DNA of 39,941 bases from Bdellovibrionota bacterium FG-1 (lineage in GTDB: Bacteria; Bdellovibrionota; UBA1018): the NCBI GenBank assembly GCA_051382295.1, contig JBBCAW010000140.1, positions 1 through 39,941 on the forward strand. The letters are read 5' to 3'. Below the pieces are notes generated by a model. The model saw only the letters and a program-made list of their open reading frames with translations. It had not been told where the DNA came from and searched no databases. Of this stretch, positions 35,488-39,941 are shown piece after piece. Made by a program: the position numbers and the translations under genes. Every line of letters starts with the position of its first letter. Position 1 is the stretch's first letter.

Positions 35488-36006
35488 CTAGCCGCAGGCA
35501 ATACGATCCGAAGCCATTCGGAGTTCCCTGACAATCTCCAAAACGATCAAAAAAACCCCGAGGATGATACATAGGTCCGCCAAATTAAACGGCTGATAGA
35601 CTGCTCCCAGGCGAATTTTAAAGGTGTCGGTCACATAATAAGACCGCCAATGGTCAATCAAATTGGAGACTCCCCCGGCGAGCAATAGAGCCAGGCCCCA
35701 CCGCTCCAGCCCGGAACGGCCAAAGCCACGAAAAAAGTACAGGGTAACCAAATACCCCGCTAATAGAACAGTCGGAAGATAACGGATATAGGGGTCAATT
35801 TCACCTGGATCGAGACTCGCAAAGCCGTGCCAGATCAGGCCGGGGTTCGGGATCCGCGCCCAGTGAAGCCACTGAAGACCAAAAATGGGCTCGGACTGGT
35901 TGGGCACAAAATGGACAGCACTCCAAGCCTTGAGGAGTTGATCAGCCGCGACCGCCAAGAGGCCCGCGATGATTGGACCGACTTTGCCAGGTTTATTTGT
36001 AACCAT
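35488..36006 (-). CDS. lspA: Signal peptidase II (LspA) paralogue, divergent
   Basis: DQLLK, NPG, GGVSNLID, VTD, FNLAD with both catalytic Asp present. ATG 36006 overlaps the upstream stop. Confidence 0.85.
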   Translation of the reverse strand: MVTNKPGKVGPIIAGLLAVAADQLLKAWSAVHFVPNQSEPIFGLQWLHWARIPNPGLIWHGFASLDPGEIDPYIRYLPTVLLAGYLVTLYFFRGFGRSGLERWGLALLLAGGVSNLIDHWRSYYVTDTFKIRLGAVYQPFNLADLCIILGVFLIVLEIVRELRMASDRIACG

Positions 36007-37309
36007 CCGTAGTCGTATTGTACATGCCGCAAGTCCCTGCATGTCCAGTGACCGCTCCCGTTGAGGCTGCGGAACAAAGGCCAAAAATATTTTCGGGATC
36101 GACAATCCGAACCAAGGAAATATTCGCCGCCGTCACGGCAGAACTTCCACTACCCCCGGTATAAGTGTAACCCAAATAGGCAGGCGTCGCGGCCGAATCT
36201 GCGATGCACTTAACAGTCGCAGTGCTACCCACCTCTTGAAACATGCCGTTGAAAACATTAATCCCAGATGAATTGCAGGCCGTTGCATCGAGGCAAGCAG
36301 CGGTAGCGGGGGCCTGGATTTTACCGGTACCCGTGGTATCCACTGTTCCAAAAAAGACAATCCCACTGGTAACAGGGGCTCCATCCGGGGCCCCGGTAAT
36401 ACTCACATCACTTTGCCCTGTGCACATCGCCGTCAAAAATCCGCTCCCGGGGTTTCCTCCCGGGTATTGGCTTGCCTGGACCGAAAGGAGGCTTTTGTCT
36501 GAACCAAAAAGAAGGCTCACATCAGCCGCTCCGCTACTGCTCGCCGAGGCCAAATGAATCGCGGCCCCTGGTTTGCCTACGGTGACTTGAAGCATGGGAA
36601 CCCCTGAAATCTGTCCCGTATCCGAATCGAGCGCAACTCCATGATAGAGATCGACCATTAAATAGAGTTCAATCGAGACCGTTGCCGTTGAAGTAGACGT
36701 CGCGGAAGGCGACGGACTGGGACTCGGGCTTGGACTTGGGCTGGGCGTCACCTTTCCACTCGAGGTATAAATGAGGTCTCCCGTTTTGCAGTCTGCCTGA
36801 TTCGTATCGGTCACGCAAAGGGGGGTGGGAAAGTAGGCACTGGTGCAACCCGCCGCGCTTGTGTAATCGGTCGTGATTGCGACGGGGGGCTGGGTTGAAC
36901 TCACCGAACCCGCAGAATTATCTATTTTGGTCGTATAAACGGTTGCACCGGAGGCGATGGCGGTCACGCCGGTACCGCTGGAACCCTCAAAAACAGCGCT
37001 ATCTAACTTGATCTTCACCTTCGAACTCATACAAACGCCTAATGACATATAGCGCCCGAAGGGAATCGAAATGTTTTTGAGCTGAGTTCCAGCAAAATCG
37101 GCGTCAGACCGTTTGAAGATATTTGAGAAACTATCGGTCACTAACGCATAATTGGTCCCCGCGACTGACTTAATGGATACGCTGGTGAAATTGAAGGTAA
37201 GCTCCGTCGGCGTGACAAAACCAGTAATATGGGCCGCGCTCGCGGTCGAGGCGTTCAAGCCAGCAAAAAGACTCATCGTCCAAAACAAATTTTGTGTGGT
37301 CACGTTCAT
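35993..37309 (-). CDS. Secreted Ser/Thr/Gly/Cys-rich protein with a Pro-Ser repeat linker
   Basis: Signal peptide ending ASA, TPSPSPSPSPSPSPS, multiple Cys. Confidence 0.85.
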   Translation of the reverse strand: MNVTTQNLFWTMSLFAGLNASTASAAHITGFVTPTELTFNFTSVSIKSVAGTNYALVTDSFSNIFKRSDADFAGTQLKNISIPFGRYMSLGVCMSSKVKIKLDSAVFEGSSGTGVTAIASGATVYTTKIDNSAGSVSSTQPPVAITTDYTSAAGCTSAYFPTPLCVTDTNQADCKTGDLIYTSSGKVTPSPSPSPSPSPSPSATSTSTATVSIELYLMVDLYHGVALDSDTGQISGVPMLQVTVGKPGAAIHLASASSSGAADVSLLFGSDKSLLSVQASQYPGGNPGSGFLTAMCTGQSDVSITGAPDGAPVTSGIVFFGTVDTTGTGKIQAPATAACLDATACNSSGINVFNGMFQEVGSTATVKCIADSAATPAYLGYTYTGGSGSSAVTAANISLVRIVDPENIFGLCSAASTGAVTGHAGTCGMYNTTTDGYK

Positions 37310-37446
37310 TAGAACTTTCCACCATTCAAAGTTCCGGTAACAGCTTGGCCGCTGGATGGGGTGGTGACTCCACAGCGAAGCAAGGAGGCGGCTACCACCA
37401 AAGTGAGGACGATAAAAAAAATCAAACCCAGCCCATTCTTACGCAT
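37309..37446 (-). CDS. 45-aa micro-lipoprotein-like peptide (MRKNGLGLIFFIVLTLVVAASLLRCGVTTPSSGQAVTGTLNGGKF)
   Basis: Translated by hand. SD GAGGGGG; TAATG overlap with the next gene; signal peptide followed by Cys. Confidence 0.75.
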   Translation of the reverse strand: MRKNGLGLIFFIVLTLVVAASLLRCGVTTPSSGQAVTGTLNGGKF

Positions 37447-37505
37447 GAAATCCCCCTCGAATCTAATAAATGCCGCGAATAGGATTTATTCTAGAATGGT
37501 CTGAG

Positions 37506-38462
37506 TTATTTGTACATAAAAGGCGACCGAGGAGGGAGTGTCGAAGAATTGTCGCATTCAGAGACATTGGCAACGGGGATGTCTGTGATTACTGAGGTCT
37601 CCTCAAACGTATACATAACCGCGCCATTGTCATCGGCCAAAAGTCCGACGTTATTGTTCCAACCAGGCCCTTCAAAGAGCCAATTCAGGCTCGACCAAAG
37701 CATTCTTCCCGTTGTCGAATTAAATAAGAATTTTACTCCCTGCAACGGATGGGGCCGCGACGGCGCCCCGTACCTTGGATCTTTCGCGATTTGATTGAAT
37801 TCGGTGAGTCGATCCGCAGCACTGTTGGTTTTTTGACTGCGACAGGCCACCTTACAACCATCGAATTGAACCCGGGCTTGAGGCGCCAAGACACAGGTGA
37901 GACCTGCATCAAAAAGCACCTGACTCACCGGAACGAAAACCCCGGTCGCATCACTGATACCCTTGAACTTCAAAACCCCTTGAGCGCCATGACTGGAAAT
38001 CAACAGATGCCGGACCACACCACAACGCTGAACAATTTGGCCAAAAAATTTCTCTAACTCTTCGAGCGTGGGAAGCCTTCGCGCAATCACCGAATCCCCA
38101 AATCCCAACTTGGTCCATGGATGAGTCTCTTTGAGATTATCCACGGTGGCTTGACTGATTCCATCATCTAGCGAGAGGAAAACATCGACTTCGTGGAAGC
38201 GCGGGCAAGTAGAGTTTGAATCGCTGAGCACCGAACAGACGGACGACTGAATGGGTAGGATTCCATCCGATGCCAAATAGGTAATTGGAATATTTTTAGC
38301 GTCATCTGGCGCACGCTCACCATGGAAGCCTTGATGAACAAACTGATCGTTATTCAAAAGAGGGATCAGGGAGTCGTTTAAATCGGCCAGAGCCCGTTGT
38401 TGGGGCATGAGAAGAAGCGCGGAAAAAATAATAGCAGAACTAATGCGATTTTCAGTGATCAT
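37506..38462 (-). CDS. Secreted protein with a caspase/C80-like His-Cys motif pair (DUF4347-like)
   Basis: Signal peptide ending ALA; HLLISSHGAQG...VQFDGCKVA. Confidence 0.6.
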   Translation of the reverse strand: MITENRISSAIIFSALLLMPQQRALADLNDSLIPLLNNDQFVHQGFHGERAPDDAKNIPITYLASDGILPIQSSVCSVLSDSNSTCPRFHEVDVFLSLDDGISQATVDNLKETHPWTKLGFGDSVIARRLPTLEELEKFFGQIVQRCGVVRHLLISSHGAQGVLKFKGISDATGVFVPVSQVLFDAGLTCVLAPQARVQFDGCKVACRSQKTNSAADRLTEFNQIAKDPRYGAPSRPHPLQGVKFLFNSTTGRMLWSSLNWLFEGPGWNNNVGLLADDNGAVMYTFEETSVITDIPVANVSECDNSSTLPPRSPFMYK

Positions 38463-38734
38463 GGTCTCAATTCCATAAACAGGAATGAATTCAATAATTA
38501 TACCACGCCGACGTCGATAGAGCTTTTTCGCTAGTTTCTGATGTTATTACGAATAGCTATGTATCGTTTGGCTGTATTATTTTCGATATAGGGCGGCCTA
38601 CTAAAATGACCAAGAACTGGTCAGGTGTAATGTTCCATTTTGAAAATCTCCGTGGAGTACGATCGAAACTAAATCAGACAAAATCGTTGCGCTTATTGCG
38701 CCGGAAGTGCCTTTTGACACCAAAAGACTCCTAT

Positions 38735-39941
38735 CTACCCCAAATGCGGAACCCTACCCCCGCGCTCAGCAAAAGCGCCTTTCGCAATTGCCTGCGCGGT
38801 TTCGTAACCTGCATCGGCATGACGAACGATGCCCATCCCCGGATCAGAATTAAGCACGCGCGTGAGGCGCCAATCCGCGTCGGCGGTTCCATCAGCCACC
38901 ACGACCATCCCTGCGTGAATCGAATACCCAATTCCTACGCCACCGCCGTGATGCACACTTACCCACGAAGCGCCATTAACGGCATTGATCATAGCATTCA
39001 AGATGGGCCAATCCGCAACCGCGTCCGAGCCATCCTTCATGCCCTCGGTTTCGCGATTAGGGGAGGCGACTGATCCGCAATCCAGATGATCGCGGCCAAT
39101 TACAATAGGAGCTTTGACTTTGCCCTTCCGAACGAGCTCGTTAAAAAGCAATCCCGCTTTTTCGCGCTGTCCATAACCCAACCAGCAAATTCGAGCAGGT
39201 AGTCCCTGAAACTGGATGCGCTCTTCGGCCATAGCCAACCAACGGGCGAGCCCGTGATCTTCCGGAAAAAGCTCAAGCAGCGCTTGATCAGTGACTCGAA
39301 TGTCACTCGGATCTCCCGAAAGCGCGACCCAACGAAACGGTCCCCGACCCTCGCAAAACTGCGGACGAATATATAAGGGCACAAAACCCTGAAAATCGAA
39401 GGCATTTTTCACGCCGGCTTTAACCGCCTGGGCGCGAATATTATTTCCGTAGTCAAAGACGTGCGCGCCACGTTTTTTAAATTCGAGCATCGCCTCAACG
39501 TGACGGCCCATCGAAGCAATCGAGCGCTCGATGTATTGTTGGGGATTGCTCTGCCGAAGGGCGAGTGCCGCTTCGAGCGACAGCCCCGCGGGCACATAAC
39601 CGTTGAGTTCATCGTGGGCGCTCGTTTGATCCGTTACCAGATCAGGCATAAAGCCACGACCCAGAAGCTGCCAAAGAACCTCGGCAGCATTGCCAACTAA
39701 ACCGATGCTCACCGCTTTTTTTGTGCGCTTGGCGGATTCAATGCGCTTAAGCGCATCTTCGAGGTCCGTAGCCATTTCGTCGAGGTAACGCGTTTCGAGC
39801 CGTCGCTGCGCACGAGTGGGATCGACTTCGATATTCAAAGAAATCGCACCGGCCATCGAGGCAGCCAATGGCTGCGCTCCGCCCATCCCCCCCAAGCCCG
39901 CCGTCAAAATCACTCGCCCACCGAGGTCACCACCGAAGTGG
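38735..39941 (-). CDS. hutU: Urocanate hydratase, 5' end outside the window
   Basis: [54 protein letters not shown]. Confidence 0.98.
   Translation of the reverse strand, partial: HFGGDLGGRVILTAGLGGMGGAQPLAASMAGAISLNIEVDPTRAQRRLETRYLDEMATDLEDALKRIESAKRTKKAVSIGLVGNAAEVLWQLLGRGFMPDLVTDQTSAHDELNGYVPAGLSLEAALALRQSNPQQYIERSIASMGRHVEAMLEFKKRGAHVFDYGNNIRAQAVKAGVKNAFDFQGFVPLYIRPQFCEGRGPFRWVALSGDPSDIRVTDQALLELFPEDHGLARWLAMAEERIQFQGLPARICWLGYGQREKAGLLFNELVRKGKVKAPIVIGRDHLDCGSVASPNRETEGMKDGSDAVADWPILNAMINAVNGASWVSVHHGGGVGIGYSIHAGMVVVADGTADADWRLTRVLNSDPGMGIVRHADAGYETAQAIAKGAFAERGGRVPHLG

Overview
Bacterial chromosomal window. The gene repertoire suggests a Bdellovibrionota/Oligoflexia-like host, but that is inference. 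About 30 kb is accessory DNA in four blocks. (1) 128-2666: a perfect-looking 409-bp structured inverted repeat brackets a 1.7-kb cassette holding a PhaR-type regulator, an unannotated 25-aa Lys/Ala histone-like peptide and a CcbP-like protein. (2) 2721-5263: three exported-protein genes behind a 3x23-bp tandem repeat. (3) ~5401-25702: a ~20-kb integrative conjugative element. It has a minimal VirB2/3/4/5/6/8/9/10+TraV-like T4SS, an FtsK/SpoIIIE translocase instead of VirD4, a replication-relaxation (MOBC-like) nuclease, a PIN/RHH toxin-antitoxin pair and xis-int. A five-gene signalling operon (sigma-54 activator, stand-alone DHp microprotein, MBL hydrolase, periplasmic molybdopterin-oxidoreductase-like protein, hybrid histidine kinase) is transcribed divergently from a sigma-54-like promoter at the head of the transfer region. 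(4) ~25768-30800: a truncated exported gene, a tRNA-3'-end-like junction, a DDE transposase, a RelE/HigA-type TA pair and a parA-rep module. The rep gene contains 11 palindromic iteron-like repeats, and the parA leader looks like an antisense-RNA/anti-SD switch. The remaining DNA looks chromosomal: a MoxR AAA+ gene joined to a vWA gene by an A9G -1 slippery site and an open Pro/acidic linker, lipoproteins, a DEAD-box helicase, an lspA paralogue operon and partial hutU. All family calls come from motif recognition by eye; no database search was run.
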